From NCBI GenBank assembly GCA_038212275.1, contig JBBQUR010000004.1, positions 204,744 to 268,743 on the forward strand: a stretch of DNA of 64,000 nucleotides. The letters run 5' to 3'. Within the stretch, counting starts at the first letter, position 1, and each line of letters starts with the position of its first letter. Made by a program: the position numbers and the translations under genes. The notes under the pieces were generated by a model. That model did not search any database and was not told the origin of the DNA. It was given only the letters and a program-made list of their open reading frames with translations. Source of the DNA: Planctomycetota bacterium (lineage in GTDB: Bacteria; Planctomycetota; B15-G4). Shown one piece after another: positions 1-12,370 of this stretch.

Positions 1-3
1 CTC

Positions 4-1371
4 GTGAGCGGACGCGCCGTGCTCTCCACGGCCGCCGGCGGGACGGCCTTCTACCTGTGCAATGAGCCAGGCAACGACACCGGCCTCATCCAGCACCGCG
101 CCATCAACCGCCAGGTGCCGTTGCACGAACTGGAAGACTGGACCGCGCTGGCGCAGGAACGCACGGGCCGTGCTCTGTCCGCCGCGGAGGTCAGCAGCTA
201 CTGGGCCGGGGAGGCGCTGGCGGGCATCTCGCGCCAGCCGGGGACGTGGCTGCTCGCGGAGGCGCGCAAGTTCTGCCTGCTTTTCTCGGGCTACGAAGCG
301 CCCGACAACAGCATGCCGTCGTTCGCCGAACCCGAGTGCGCCGCGTTGCGACTCTCGCCCGTGCACTACGGCTTGCTGCTGCCGCTCGCGCTGGGCGGCG
401 CCGCCCTGGCCTGGCTCGATCGACGTCGGCGCTCGGGAGGCGAGGCCCGAGCCGCCCTTGTCGTGGCGCTGCTCGCCTACGCCGCCAGCCTGCTCCTGTT
501 CGTCGTGACGTCGCGCTTCCGCCTGCCGATGCTTCCGCTCGTCGTGGTCCTTGCGGGCGCCTGCCTCGCGCGCCTGCCAGGGCTGCTCAGGGACCGGACG
601 CAGCGCGGCGAGGGCGGGCTCACCGCCATGGCGATGCTTGGTGGCGTGCTGCTCGGACACGCCGCCGACTGGCCGGTCGGGCCGCTGACACCGCGGGAGC
701 GAGCCAGCCATGTCGCCGTGTGCCTCAAGAACCGTGCGCAGGTCCGGCTGGCGCGCGGCGCGCTGAGCGAGGCCGACAGCGACCTCTACATCGCCATCGC
801 ACTGAGCCAGGCCGCCGGCATCGACGCGCCGGCGCTGCACGTGGAGCGTGCCCGGCTGGCGCGCCTGCGGCTCGTCACCGAAGCGCCGAGGATCGACGTC
901 GCCGCCGCGCGCGAACAGTTCGAGACGAGCATGGAAGGAACGGCTCGCGAAGAGCTCGCGCGCGCGCTGGCACTCTCTGCCGACGACGCGGCCACGTTGT
1001 GCGAGCGCGGCTTGCTGGACTACGCGCTGGGCCGCTATGCGGACGCAGCCGATGCGCTGCAACGCAGCCTCGCCCTGCAGCCGCGCGAGCGCGAGGCGCT
1101 GGCCTATCGTGCGCTCGCCTTGCTCTACCTGGATCGGGACGACGAGGCCGGCTCCGTGGCCCGGCAACTCACGACACTTCGCCCGGACGACGACGACGGC
1201 TGGGCGCTGCTCGCGCTGGCTCTCCACCGAACCGGACAGGAGGCGCCCGCTCTGGAGGCTCTTGATCGCCATGACCAGCTGGCGAGCATGAGGGAGGCTG
1301 CGGGCATCCCGCGCCGCTTTCCCGATCAACCCGAGTTCCGCACGATGCGCTCCAAGCCCGAGGATCCATGA
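4..1371 (+). CDS. Membrane protein with C-terminal TPR repeats (GT39/PMT-like, probably 5'-truncated by window edge)
   Basis: Hydrophobic segments with 'LLFVVTSRFRLPMLP', then TPR-like helical repeats; stop overlaps next ATG. Confidence 0.6.
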   Translation: MSGRAVLSTAAGGTAFYLCNEPGNDTGLIQHRAINRQVPLHELEDWTALAQERTGRALSAAEVSSYWAGEALAGISRQPGTWLLAEARKFCLLFSGYEAPDNSMPSFAEPECAALRLSPVHYGLLLPLALGGAALAWLDRRRRSGGEARAALVVALLAYAASLLLFVVTSRFRLPMLPLVVVLAGACLARLPGLLRDRTQRGEGGLTAMAMLGGVLLGHAADWPVGPLTPRERASHVAVCLKNRAQVRLARGALSEADSDLYIAIALSQAAGIDAPALHVERARLARLRLVTEAPRIDVAAAREQFETSMEGTAREELARALALSADDAATLCERGLLDYALGRYADAADALQRSLALQPREREALAYRALALLYLDRDDEAGSVARQLTTLRPDDDDGWALLALALHRTGQEAPALEALDRHDQLASMREAAGIPRRFPDQPEFRTMRSKPEDP

Positions 1372-3056
1372 CCCGACGCCTCGCGCTGCTGCTGCCCGTC
1401 CTCGCGCTGCTGCCGGCCTGCCCGGACAGCGGCGGGCGCCCGACGACGGCTGCGCCGGCCGGCGCCGTCGCTGCCGGCGGCGCTGCGAACGAGCACGCTG
1501 CAGGCGCGTACTTCGAGGCGGACGGGCAGGACTTCGCGCCGCTGCAATGTGGCCGTCCCGAATGCCCGACGATTCTCGAAGTGAACGGCGGCGGCGCCGC
1601 CTTCTTCGATGCCGACGACGACGGGGACATGGACCTGCTCGTGGTGAGCCCCGGCGCCTACCCCGAGCACGGTGCGACGCCGGGCGGCACCAACAGGCTG
1701 TATCGCAATGACGACGGGCGCTTCTCGGACGTGACCTCCGGCAGCGGCGTCGATGTCGGCGTCTACTGCAATGGCGTGGCCGTCGGCGACTTCGACAGCG
1801 ACGGTCGGCGCGACCTCTACCTCACCTGTCACGGCCGCAACGTGCTGCTGCGCAACGAGGGCGGACTGCACTTCTCGCTGGTTCCGGACGCAGCCGGCGC
1901 GGCCGCCGACGGCTGGAGCACCAGCGCCGTGTTCGTCGACATCGATCGAGACGGCGACCCGGATCTCTACGTCACGCGCTACCTCGACTTCGACGCGGAC
2001 GACCCGCCGATGCACGGCGAGCAGGGCCGCAGCTGCCTGTGGCTGGGCATGCCCGTCATGTGCGGGCCGCAAGGCCTGCCCGCGCAGGCCGACCTGTTCT
2101 TCGTGAACGAGGACGGCCGTTTCCGGGAAGCGACGGCGGAGCGCGGCTTCGGCGCGACGCCGTCGTACGGACTCGGCGTGATCGACGGCGACTGGAACGG
2201 CGATGGCTGGCCGGATGTCTACGTCAGCAACGACTCGATGCCGAACTTCCTGTTTCTCTCCGACGGGAAGGGCGGCGTGAAGGAGGCCGGTGTGCTCTCC
2301 GGCGCGGCCCTTTCGTCACGTGGCCGCGAGCAGGCCGGCATGGGCATCGCCTCCGGCGACACGGATGGCGACGGCGACGAAGACCTCCTCGTCACCAACT
2401 TCTCTCTCGAGCCGAATGCGCTCTACGTGAATCGCGGTCACGGGCTGTTCACCGACATGTCCGACCCGTCGGGGCTCGGTGGCCCGTCGCGCCCGCTGCT
2501 CGGCTGGGGTGCGCTCTTTGCCGACGTCGATCTCGACGGCGACCTGGACCTGCTCACCGCCAACGGCCACGTCTACCCGCAGGCCGATGCGCCGGACACC
2601 GGCACGTCCTACGCCCAGCCCGACATGCTCTACCTCAACGACGGCAAGGGACGCTTCTCCGTGGGCCACTGGCCCGGTGAGCAGCCCGCCGTGAGTCGCG
2701 CGCTGGCGGCAGGCGACGTGGACGACGACGGCGTCACCGACGTGTTGATCACGCACCTGCACGGACCACCCGTGTTGTGGCGCGGCACCGCCGTCGGTCC
2801 GGTGCTCGACCTCCGGCTGCACGGGCCGCCGGGCAATCCGGATGGATGCGGCACCACGGCCATCGTCCGCGACGAGCTGGGAGTCCGCCACGCGAGGGTG
2901 CGCACCAGCGGGGGCTACCAGTCCGCGTCGGATCCGCGCCTGCGCTTCGCGTGGCGCGGCCCCGCGACGCTCGCGCTGACCTTTCCCGACGGGCGGACGC
3001 ACGAGCAGCGCGTGGAAGCTCCGGGCCCGGTGGTGGTGGAGGTGCCCGCACGATGA
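1368..3056 (+). CDS. CRTAC1/ASPIC-UnbV family FG-GAP repeat lipoprotein
   Basis: Lipobox-like LLPAC, many DxDxDGxxDL repeats, GMG motif, C-terminal 'GGYQSASDPRLRF' (ASPIC/UnbV). Confidence 0.85.
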   Translation: MTRRLALLLPVLALLPACPDSGGRPTTAAPAGAVAAGGAANEHAAGAYFEADGQDFAPLQCGRPECPTILEVNGGGAAFFDADDDGDMDLLVVSPGAYPEHGATPGGTNRLYRNDDGRFSDVTSGSGVDVGVYCNGVAVGDFDSDGRRDLYLTCHGRNVLLRNEGGLHFSLVPDAAGAAADGWSTSAVFVDIDRDGDPDLYVTRYLDFDADDPPMHGEQGRSCLWLGMPVMCGPQGLPAQADLFFVNEDGRFREATAERGFGATPSYGLGVIDGDWNGDGWPDVYVSNDSMPNFLFLSDGKGGVKEAGVLSGAALSSRGREQAGMGIASGDTDGDGDEDLLVTNFSLEPNALYVNRGHGLFTDMSDPSGLGGPSRPLLGWGALFADVDLDGDLDLLTANGHVYPQADAPDTGTSYAQPDMLYLNDGKGRFSVGHWPGEQPAVSRALAAGDVDDDGVTDVLITHLHGPPVLWRGTAVGPVLDLRLHGPPGNPDGCGTTAIVRDELGVRHARVRTSGGYQSASDPRLRFAWRGPATLALTFPDGRTHEQRVEAPGPVVVEVPAR

Positions 3057-4108
3057 GTCGTCTCGTTGCGATGCGCCGGGCCGTCGTCCTGCTCGGGTGT
3101 CTCGCGCTTCCTCTCGGTTGCAGCGATGAGGCCACGCAGGTGTCGCGTGCCGCCGACGCGCATGCTTCCGCCGACGGCCAGAGGGCCGCCGAGGCGCCGC
3201 TCACGAAGGAAGAGATGGGCGTCGTGCAGATGGCCGCACGGTCGGTGCAGGCCGAGCGCTTCGAAGATGCGGCGCGGCTGCTCGCCCCGCTGCTTGCCCG
3301 CACGCCGCCGCCTGCGGACGCGCAGTTCATCGCCGGCTCCGCCGCGTACGAGCTGGGCGACTACGCCGAGGCCGTCACGCGCCTCACCGACGCGATTGCC
3401 CGCAAGCCGGTGTTCGTGCGCGACAGTTCCGCGCTCGGCTTCGCGCACTTCAAGCTGGGCAATTTCGCCGGAGCGCGCGAGAGCTTCGAGCGCATCGTGG
3501 GCGCCAACGACGGTGCCTACAAGGCACATTACGGACTGGGACTCGTCGCGCTTTCGGAAGGACGGCTTCCCGAGGCGCGCGCCCACCTGGAGCGCTCGCT
3601 CGCCCTCAAGCCCGGGTACCTGAAGGCGCGCTTCCAGATGGCGCGACTGCTGCAGGAGGAGGGGCGCCTTCAGGAAGCGGCCGACGCGTTGCAGGCCGTG
3701 CTGGCCGACTGGCCCACGCACGAGGAGGCGCTCTACCGCTTGTCGCAGGTGATGCTCGCACTCGGGCGGGAGGACGAGGCCGCTGCGCTCGTGGAGCGCC
3801 ACGCGCAGGTCTACAAGGCACGCGAGGCCATCGGAAGCCTCGTCCAGCGCATCCGGTCGGGAGACGACCAGCCCGCGATGCACGCGGAGATCGTGCGGCT
3901 GTGGCTCGAAGTCGGCGACGACGAGGAGGCTCTGCGTGCCCTCGCGGACGGCCTGCGCCGCTTTCCCGACGACCCGCTGCTCGAGTCGATCCGCGCCTCG
4001 CTGCACCCGTCCGAGGACGTGCCGGACACGCCTCCGGGCGCTTCGGATGCGCACGTCGCCGAGCCCGCGCATGACGCGGAGCCTGCGCCTGACGCCGCGC
4101 CTCGTTGA
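3053..4108 (+). CDS. TPR repeat lipoprotein
   Basis: ATG 3053 overlaps upstream stop (ATGA); signal ...LALPLGC; multiple TPR repeats. Confidence 0.8.
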   Translation: MSRLVAMRRAVVLLGCLALPLGCSDEATQVSRAADAHASADGQRAAEAPLTKEEMGVVQMAARSVQAERFEDAARLLAPLLARTPPPADAQFIAGSAAYELGDYAEAVTRLTDAIARKPVFVRDSSALGFAHFKLGNFAGARESFERIVGANDGAYKAHYGLGLVALSEGRLPEARAHLERSLALKPGYLKARFQMARLLQEEGRLQEAADALQAVLADWPTHEEALYRLSQVMLALGREDEAAALVERHAQVYKAREAIGSLVQRIRSGDDQPAMHAEIVRLWLEVGDDEEALRALADGLRRFPDDPLLESIRASLHPSEDVPDTPPGASDAHVAEPAHDAEPAPDAAPR

Positions 4109-4133
4109 AGCGCGGCGCCGCAAGGCCTAGACT
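4105..4133 (+). promoter_or_regulatory. Putative sigma70 promoter of icd-pyk
   Basis: TTGAAG-N17-TAGACT upstream of ATG 4203. Confidence 0.5.
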
Positions 4134-4202
4134 GTCCGGCTTCGTTTCTGCTGTCCGAACGGCACTGTGGCCGCATCCGACAGCTGCTCTCGAGAGACAC
4201 CC

Positions 4203-5291
4203 ATGACCACCCACGCAGTGACCCTGATCCGCGGCGACGGCACCGGCCCCGAGCTGGCCGCCGTCACGCAGCAGTGCCTGGAAGCCACCGGAGTCAAGTT
4301 CGACTGGGATGTCGTGGACGCCGGCGAAGCCACCATGGCCTCGCAGGGCACGCCGCTTCCGAAGTCGGTGCTCGACTCGCTGCGCCGCAACAAGGTGGGC
4401 ATCAAGGCGCCGATCACCACGCCCGTCGGCACGGGCTTCCGTTCGGTGAACGTTGCGCTGCGCAAGGAGCTGGACCTGTTCGCCTGCGTGCGGCCGTGCC
4501 GCACCTTCGCGGGCGTCGCCGCCTACCACAAGAACGTGGATCTCGTCATCGTGCGCGAGAACACGGAGGACCTGTACGCCGGCATCGAGTTCGAGAAGGA
4601 CAAGGAAGACACCGCGCGCCTCATGGAGCTGATCCGCGAGTACCGCCCGGGCGCCACCTTCGGCGCGCACTGCGGCATCTCGATCAAGCCGATCAGCGTC
4701 GAGCGCAGCCGCCGCATCGTGGAGTTCGCCTTCGACTACGCGCGCAGGAACAAGCGCAAGAAGGTCACGGCCGTCCACAAGGCCAACATCATGAAGTTCA
4801 GCGACGGGCTGTTTCTCGAGGTCGCGCGACAGGTCGCCGCCGAGAACCCCGACATCGCCTTCAATGACCGCATCGTCGACAACATGTGCATGCAGCTCGT
4901 GCAGACGCCGCAGGACTACGACGTGCTCGTGCTCCCGAACCTGTACGGCGACATCCTGTCCGACCTGTGCGCCGCTCTCGTGGGCGGGCTCGGCGTCGCA
5001 CCGGGCGCCAACATCGGCGTGCACGGCGCGATGTTCGAGGCCGTGCACGGCAGCGCGCCCAAGTACGCGGGGATGAACAAGGTCAACCCGACCGCGATGA
5101 TCCTGTCCGGCGTGCTCATGCTGCGCTACCTCGGCGAGACGAGCGCTGCGGACCGGCTCGAGCGCGCGGTGGCCGCCGTGCTCGCCGAGGGCAAGGACGT
5201 CACTTACGACCTGCGCCCGGGCAAGAACCCGGTCGGAGCGGCGGGCACTCGCGAAATGGCCCAGGCGATCATCCGTCACCTGGATCCCTGA
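4203..5291 (+). CDS. icd: Isocitrate/isopropylmalate dehydrogenase family (NAD-dependent IDH-like)
   Basis: [49 protein letters not shown] motifs. Confidence 0.85.
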   Translation: MTTHAVTLIRGDGTGPELAAVTQQCLEATGVKFDWDVVDAGEATMASQGTPLPKSVLDSLRRNKVGIKAPITTPVGTGFRSVNVALRKELDLFACVRPCRTFAGVAAYHKNVDLVIVRENTEDLYAGIEFEKDKEDTARLMELIREYRPGATFGAHCGISIKPISVERSRRIVEFAFDYARRNKRKKVTAVHKANIMKFSDGLFLEVARQVAAENPDIAFNDRIVDNMCMQLVQTPQDYDVLVLPNLYGDILSDLCAALVGGLGVAPGANIGVHGAMFEAVHGSAPKYAGMNKVNPTAMILSGVLMLRYLGETSAADRLERAVAAVLAEGKDVTYDLRPGKNPVGAAGTREMAQAIIRHLDP

Positions 5292-5296
5292 CCGGC

Positions 5297-6898
5297 GTGG
5301 GGAGCGCTCAGGGCATCGACTCGACGCGCAAGACGCGCATCGTGGCGACGATGGGGCCCGCCAGCAGGCCACCCGCGACGCTGCGTCGGCTCATCCGGGC
5401 CGGCGTGGAGGTCGTGCGCCTGAACTTCTCGCACGGCACGCACGCCTCTCACGCGGAGGCCGCGGCCGCCGTGCGACAGGCCTCGGCCGAGCTGGGCGTG
5501 CCCGTGGCCATCCTGGCCGACCTGTGCGGCCCGAAGATGCGCCTCGGACGCGTGCAGGGTGACTTGGTGCAGCTCCGCGCCGGGAGCACGCTGCTGCTCA
5601 CCGAATCAGGCGGCATCGGCACCGAGGAGCGGCTGGTGGTGGAGGCAGCCGGCCTCGTCTCGCGGCTGCAGCCCGGCCACCGCATTCTCATCGCGGACGG
5701 CGCCATCGAACTGCGCGCCCTGCGCCGCCACCGCGACGGCATGACCTGCCGCGTGCTTCACGGCGGTCTGCTGCGGAGCAGGCAGGGCATCAACATCCCG
5801 GGCCGTCACGCCGGCGTGGCGGCGCTGACCGCCAAGGACAAGCGCGACCTGGCCTTCGCCCTGTCGATCGGCGTGGACGCCGTGGCGCTGTCCTTCGTGC
5901 GCGGTGCGGACGACGTGCTCGCGCTGCGCCGCCTCCTCGACCGACGCGGTGCGCGCCCCTTCGTCATCGCGAAGATCGAGCGCGCCGAGGCGCTCGAGAA
6001 CCTGTCCTCGATTCTGCAGGTGGTGGGCGGCGTCATGGTTGCGCGCGGCGACCTCGGCGTGGAGATCGGCGTGGAGAACGTGCCCCTCGCGCAGAAGCGC
6101 ATCATCCGCGAGGCCCTGCGCATGCACCGCCCGGTCATCACCGCGACGCAGATGCTCGAGAGCATGATCGAGCGCCCGGTGCCCACGCGCGCGGAGGTCT
6201 CGGACGTCGCCAACGCGGTGCTCGAGGGCACGGACGCCCTGATGCTCTCGGCCGAAACCGCGGTGGGCAAGTATCCCGTGAAGGCGGTGATGACACTCGC
6301 GCAGGTCGCGCGCCAGGTCGAGACCGCAGGCATGACGGCCAGCGCCGTCGACATCCCGACCGAGGAAGAGGATTCGGCCATGGCGATCGCGCGCGCCGCG
6401 CGCATCGCCGCCCGCGCGGTGCATGCCGGCGGGATCGCGGCCTTCACGGCCTCGGGTCGCACCGCGCGACTCGTCAGCAGCCAGCGTCCCACGCGACGGC
6501 TCTTCGGCTTCACGGACAACGAGGCCACTCTGCGCCGCATGCGCTTCTTCTGGGGCATCACGCCGATGAAAATCCACCACGCGCGCACCTCCGAGGCGAT
6601 GGTGGCGGAAGCGGAGGCCGTCCTGCTCGACCGGCGGCTCATGCGCCTCGGCGAAAAGGTCGTCGTCGTGTGCGGCGAGGTCAGCCACGCCGGGGCCACG
6701 AACACGGTAAAGATCCACACGCTCGGCGGAGCCGAGCGCGACGGGAAGCGCGCCGCTCACGCGCAGAGGAAGGCCGTCGCGGGGAAAGGCGCCCGTCGCG
6801 CGACGGCTTCCGCCGTCGCCGGATCGGTCGCGGTCAGATCCCGAAAATCACCGCGCGATGGAACACCACGTCGTCGCCGAGGTCGTTCGGAATCCTGA
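5297..6898 (+). CDS. pyk: Pyruvate kinase
   Basis: RKTRIVATMGP, RLNFSHG, AKIE, MVARGDLG, TATQMLESM, PTRAEVSDVANA; GTG start inferred. Confidence 0.95.
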   Translation: MGSAQGIDSTRKTRIVATMGPASRPPATLRRLIRAGVEVVRLNFSHGTHASHAEAAAAVRQASAELGVPVAILADLCGPKMRLGRVQGDLVQLRAGSTLLLTESGGIGTEERLVVEAAGLVSRLQPGHRILIADGAIELRALRRHRDGMTCRVLHGGLLRSRQGINIPGRHAGVAALTAKDKRDLAFALSIGVDAVALSFVRGADDVLALRRLLDRRGARPFVIAKIERAEALENLSSILQVVGGVMVARGDLGVEIGVENVPLAQKRIIREALRMHRPVITATQMLESMIERPVPTRAEVSDVANAVLEGTDALMLSAETAVGKYPVKAVMTLAQVARQVETAGMTASAVDIPTEEEDSAMAIARAARIAARAVHAGGIAAFTASGRTARLVSSQRPTRRLFGFTDNEATLRRMRFFWGITPMKIHHARTSEAMVAEAEAVLLDRRLMRLGEKVVVVCGEVSHAGATNTVKIHTLGGAERDGKRAAHAQRKAVAGKGARRATASAVAGSVAVRSRKSPRDGTPRRRRGRSES

Positions 6899-7442
6899 CA
6901 GCCGAGAGCCGCTGCGTCGGCGGCGGCGGGTCCTGCTGCTGCACGCCGCTGAAGAAAGTGGTGGCAGTCACGGCCAGGAAGGGCAGGGTCTCCTCGGGGT
7001 CGCCGTGGCCGCCGACGCTGGTCCACTGCGCGTCGACCTGCTCGACGTCGCTGATGGTGAAACTGCCATTCGCGACGACGCCGCCGCCCATGAGCACCAC
7101 GAAGCTGTCGCTGAAGTCGAACAGCGAGCTGTCATAGGGCACCGCGAAGAGCTGCTTCCAGACCTGCCGCATCTGCTTTTCGGTGCGGATCACGGTGTTG
7201 CCTTCGAGCAGCGTCTGCAGGTCGGGGTCGAAGGCGCCGCCCACCGCAGCCAGCCGGACCACTGCGCCACCCGACACGGAGACGGTTGCCGGCAGCTGCA
7301 CGGCCACGGGAGGAAGATCCAGCGGGGCGAAGCTCACCGGCAGCCCGGCGGACGCGCCCAGAAAGGACGAGTAGAACGGCGCGCCGGCGGCCAGTGCACC
7401 GGCCGCGAGAACCAGCGAAACGATCGTGAAGCGACGCCACAT
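6834..7442 (-). CDS. Secreted hypothetical protein, possibly PrcB C-terminal-like domain
   Basis: Signal peptide MWRRFTIVSLVLAAGALA; 'FDFSDSFVVLMGGG..NGSFTISDV' resembles PrcB_C pattern; GAGGAG SD. Confidence 0.55.
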   Translation of the reverse strand: MWRRFTIVSLVLAAGALAAGAPFYSSFLGASAGLPVSFAPLDLPPVAVQLPATVSVSGGAVVRLAAVGGAFDPDLQTLLEGNTVIRTEKQMRQVWKQLFAVPYDSSLFDFSDSFVVLMGGGVVANGSFTISDVEQVDAQWTSVGGHGDPEETLPFLAVTATTFFSGVQQQDPPPPTQRLSAVRIPNDLGDDVVFHRAVIFGI

Positions 7443-7738
7443 GCTCGAATCTCCTCGGGGACAAGCCCGATCGCGTGATCGCGCGCGGGCTGCGCATGGT
7501 AGCCCACCGCGACGACCGACTGGAAAGCGTCTGGACCGGACGGCGGCGACGGGGCGCACAACCCTCGCGAAAGCCGGTGATTGAGTCACGCGTTGTCGCG
7601 CTCGGCGCGTGCCGGCTGCCCGGACGGCTGCCCGGAAACAGGCGCGAAGATCTGCGAGTCCCACAGGGCAAGACAGGCACTCGAGGCGTCTGGCTCGACT
7701 ACACTGGAGCTTTCCCTCTCGTCTTCAGGAGTCCGCAC

Positions 7739-8176
7739 ATGCTCAAGATCCGCCGCCATCCGCTGCTCGCCGCCCTCCTCGTCACCTGCGTCCTGGCTTT
7801 CGTGGCGGAGCAGGTGCTCGCACAGAACCCGACCATCAAGGGGAAGGGCAAGTATCTCTCGACGGTGAGCGTGGCACTGACCATCGCGGCGAACGGGCAG
7901 TCCGCAACGGCTGTCGACTTGATCCCCGAGAAGATGACCTTCGTCATCACCGACGTCGTCGTGTCGAATTCCACGGCCTCGTCGGCCAGCTTCGTGATCA
8001 ATCAGCTGGTCGTCGATGCGGGCACCAAGACGGGCGCCATCGAAGTGGGCCCGATGTCATCGTTCGCGCACAACTTCGGGACCGGTTTCGAATTCCCGGC
8101 CGGCAGCAGAGTCGCGATCTTCGCCAACAACCAGGCGCTCACGGCGACCCTGGTCGGCTACATGAAAAAGGCCTGA
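7739..8176 (+). CDS. Small secreted hypothetical protein
   Basis: AGGAG SD, signal peptide ending VLA-Q, beta-rich mature part, GC3-biased codons. Confidence 0.7.
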   Translation: MLKIRRHPLLAALLVTCVLAFVAEQVLAQNPTIKGKGKYLSTVSVALTIAANGQSATAVDLIPEKMTFVITDVVVSNSTASSASFVINQLVVDAGTKTGAIEVGPMSSFAHNFGTGFEFPAGSRVAIFANNQALTATLVGYMKKA

Positions 8177-8194
8177 TCCGGCGCACCCGCGCGG

Positions 8195-9298
8195 TCAGCT
8201 CCTGAAGTAGCGCGCCAATGCCAGACCCTGATTCTGGTAGGCGGAGCCGGCGCCGCCATAGAGTTGCACACACGCTTCCACGGTCATGCTGAACTGCAGC
8301 CGGAAGATGGGCTGGCCGTGCTCGACGCGGAACGGCACGTCGTGCGCGCGCACTTCGAGCACGGCCCGCGCGCCATCGGGGCTGGCGGGGCCCCAGCCGA
8401 AACCCGGGTCGAAGAAGCCTGCGTAGTTGGTGCGCAGTTCGCCCATGCCGACGTCCCACGCGAGCATCTCCGCCGCGAGGTCCGGCGGGATGCGCAGGCG
8501 TTCGCAGGACGCCAGGATGTAGAAGTCCTCGGGTTGCAGCGTGAGCGTGCCGTCGGCATCGGCGAAAACGGGTTCGAAGTAGTCGGTGGGCTCGTGGCCG
8601 CCGATGCGTGCGAGGTCGAGCGCGGGCGCGCCGTGCCGTGCGCGCCAGCCGATGGGGGCGCCGGGGGCGTCCGGCTCGAGCGAGAGTCCCAGCAGCAGCG
8701 CTGCATCGTGCACGACGGGCGTGTCGAAGCCCGGTAGCAGCTGGTCTTCGCGCACGCGGCGCCGCAGCGCCGCATCGCCGAGCAGCGTCCGCCCCGAGAG
8801 GAAGCGGAGCTGGTTGAGGCGCTGCCCGGTGGCAACGCGGATGTCGAAGGAGCGCGGCACGATCTCCAGCCACAGAGGGCCCGAGTAGCCGGCAGGGATG
8901 TCGTCGAAACGATCGTGGCGGTCCACGACGGTGCGCGTGAAGACATCGATGCGGCCCGTGGATGAGCGCGGGTTCGCGCGGGCGCGCAGCCCGTCCGGCA
9001 GGTCGAGTTCCTCGAGCAGCCGCACCAGATAGACATGCCCGCGCTTCAGGACCGCGCCGCCCGGCGCGGAGAGGTCGATGCGCTCCGTGACGAGCGGCTC
9101 GACCTGCTCGGCGACCGGGCCGCGCGCGGGAAGAAAGCCGGCCCGGATGGACAGCGCCTCGGCGCCGAGGCGCAGGTCCAGCGTGGTCGGCTGGCGCTGG
9201 ATCGCGTCCAGTGGCGTCCGCGGCCGGATGTGCCCTGCTGCCAGCAGCGCGTCGATCTGCGCGTGCGTGAAGATTCCTCGGCTTGACCGCATGTGCAT
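8195..9298 (-). CDS. dcd: dCTP deaminase (long two-domain type)
   Basis: [53 protein letters not shown]; start 9298 or 9292. Confidence 0.9.
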   Translation of the reverse strand: MHMRSSRGIFTHAQIDALLAAGHIRPRTPLDAIQRQPTTLDLRLGAEALSIRAGFLPARGPVAEQVEPLVTERIDLSAPGGAVLKRGHVYLVRLLEELDLPDGLRARANPRSSTGRIDVFTRTVVDRHDRFDDIPAGYSGPLWLEIVPRSFDIRVATGQRLNQLRFLSGRTLLGDAALRRRVREDQLLPGFDTPVVHDAALLLGLSLEPDAPGAPIGWRARHGAPALDLARIGGHEPTDYFEPVFADADGTLTLQPEDFYILASCERLRIPPDLAAEMLAWDVGMGELRTNYAGFFDPGFGWGPASPDGARAVLEVRAHDVPFRVEHGQPIFRLQFSMTVEACVQLYGGAGSAYQNQGLALARYFRS

Positions 9299-9319
9299 GC
9301 CCTGAGTAAACCTTGCCGG

Positions 9320-10507
<1,188 letters not shown>

Positions 10508-10510
10508 CGC

Positions 10511-11410
<900 letters not shown>

Positions 11411-11516
11411 GGTCCGGCGGGCTGCCGGAGGATGGTCGTTCAGCCCGGAGTCATGTTCCGGAAGGGGCTGCCTGCGGTTAGACTGGACGCTTCCTCACGG
11501 AGCGATTCCATTGCTC

Positions 11517-11744
11517 ATGCCGTCCCACCTGCTTCTCGGCACGCCTCAGGGCATCGAGTGGCTGGTCATCCTCATCATCGTGCTGCTCCTGTTCGGCAAC
11601 AAGATTCCCGGTCTGGCGCGCTCGCTCGGTTCGGGCGTCAACGAGTTCAAGGCGGGGCTGCGCGAGGGCGTCGACAAGCCGAGCACCGGCGACAAGACCG
11701 ACGCCTCCGGGAAGACCGACAAGGTCGATTCCAAGGACTCGTGA
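11517..11744 (+). CDS. tatA: Twin-arginine translocase TatA/E
   Basis: TM helix, FG hinge, 'KIPGLARSLGSGVNEFK' amphipathic helix; start 11511 or 11517. Confidence 0.9.
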   Translation: MPSHLLLGTPQGIEWLVILIIVLLLFGNKIPGLARSLGSGVNEFKAGLREGVDKPSTGDKTDASGKTDKVDSKDS

Positions 11745-12370
11745 AGTCCTCACGACCGGCGCTCACGGCGCTGGTGCTGGCCGGAGGGGCCGCACGGCGC
11801 ATGGGCGGCGCCAAGCATGCGCAGCCATTCGGCGGGCGCACCTTGCTCGATTGCAGTCTCGCGCTGGCGACCGCCGTGGCGGACGAGACGCTGCTCCTCG
11901 CGGCCGACCGCGAGGTCTCGCTCGCTCGCTGGGAGCGGGTGCGTCGCGTGTCCGACCTGCCGGAAGGTTCGGGCCCGCTGAGAGGTCTCGCCGCCGGCAT
12001 GTCCGCGGCCCGGCATGACTGGTGCCTGCTGCTCGCCTGCGACATGCCGTTGCTCACGCCGGCCACCGTGCGGCTCCTGATCGACCACGCACTGGCCTGT
12101 TCGCCTCGCGAGGACGGCGTGATGTTCGCCTCGGCGTCCGGCTGGCAGCCCTTCCCCGCGCTGCTTCGACGGCAAGCGCTGTCCGCCGTCCTGCGGCAGC
12201 TGCAGGCGCGCGACCGCTCGCTCCAGGCGCTGGCCGCCGAGCTGGTCCTCCGTCGCGTGGACCTGGCCGAGCTCCGCAGCATCGACCCCGAACTGCACAC
12301 GCTGTGCAACGTCAACACGCCCCTCGACCTGGACTCGGCACGCGAGTTCGCCGCGGAGATCGCCACGTGA
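11741..12370 (+). CDS. mobA: Molybdenum cofactor guanylyltransferase
   Basis: LAGGAARRMGGAK, GPLRGL, LACDMP, NVNTPxD; GTG overlaps tatA stop. Confidence 0.85.
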   Translation: MKSSRPALTALVLAGGAARRMGGAKHAQPFGGRTLLDCSLALATAVADETLLLAADREVSLARWERVRRVSDLPEGSGPLRGLAAGMSAARHDWCLLLACDMPLLTPATVRLLIDHALACSPREDGVMFASASGWQPFPALLRRQALSAVLRQLQARDRSLQALAAELVLRRVDLAELRSIDPELHTLCNVNTPLDLDSAREFAAEIAT

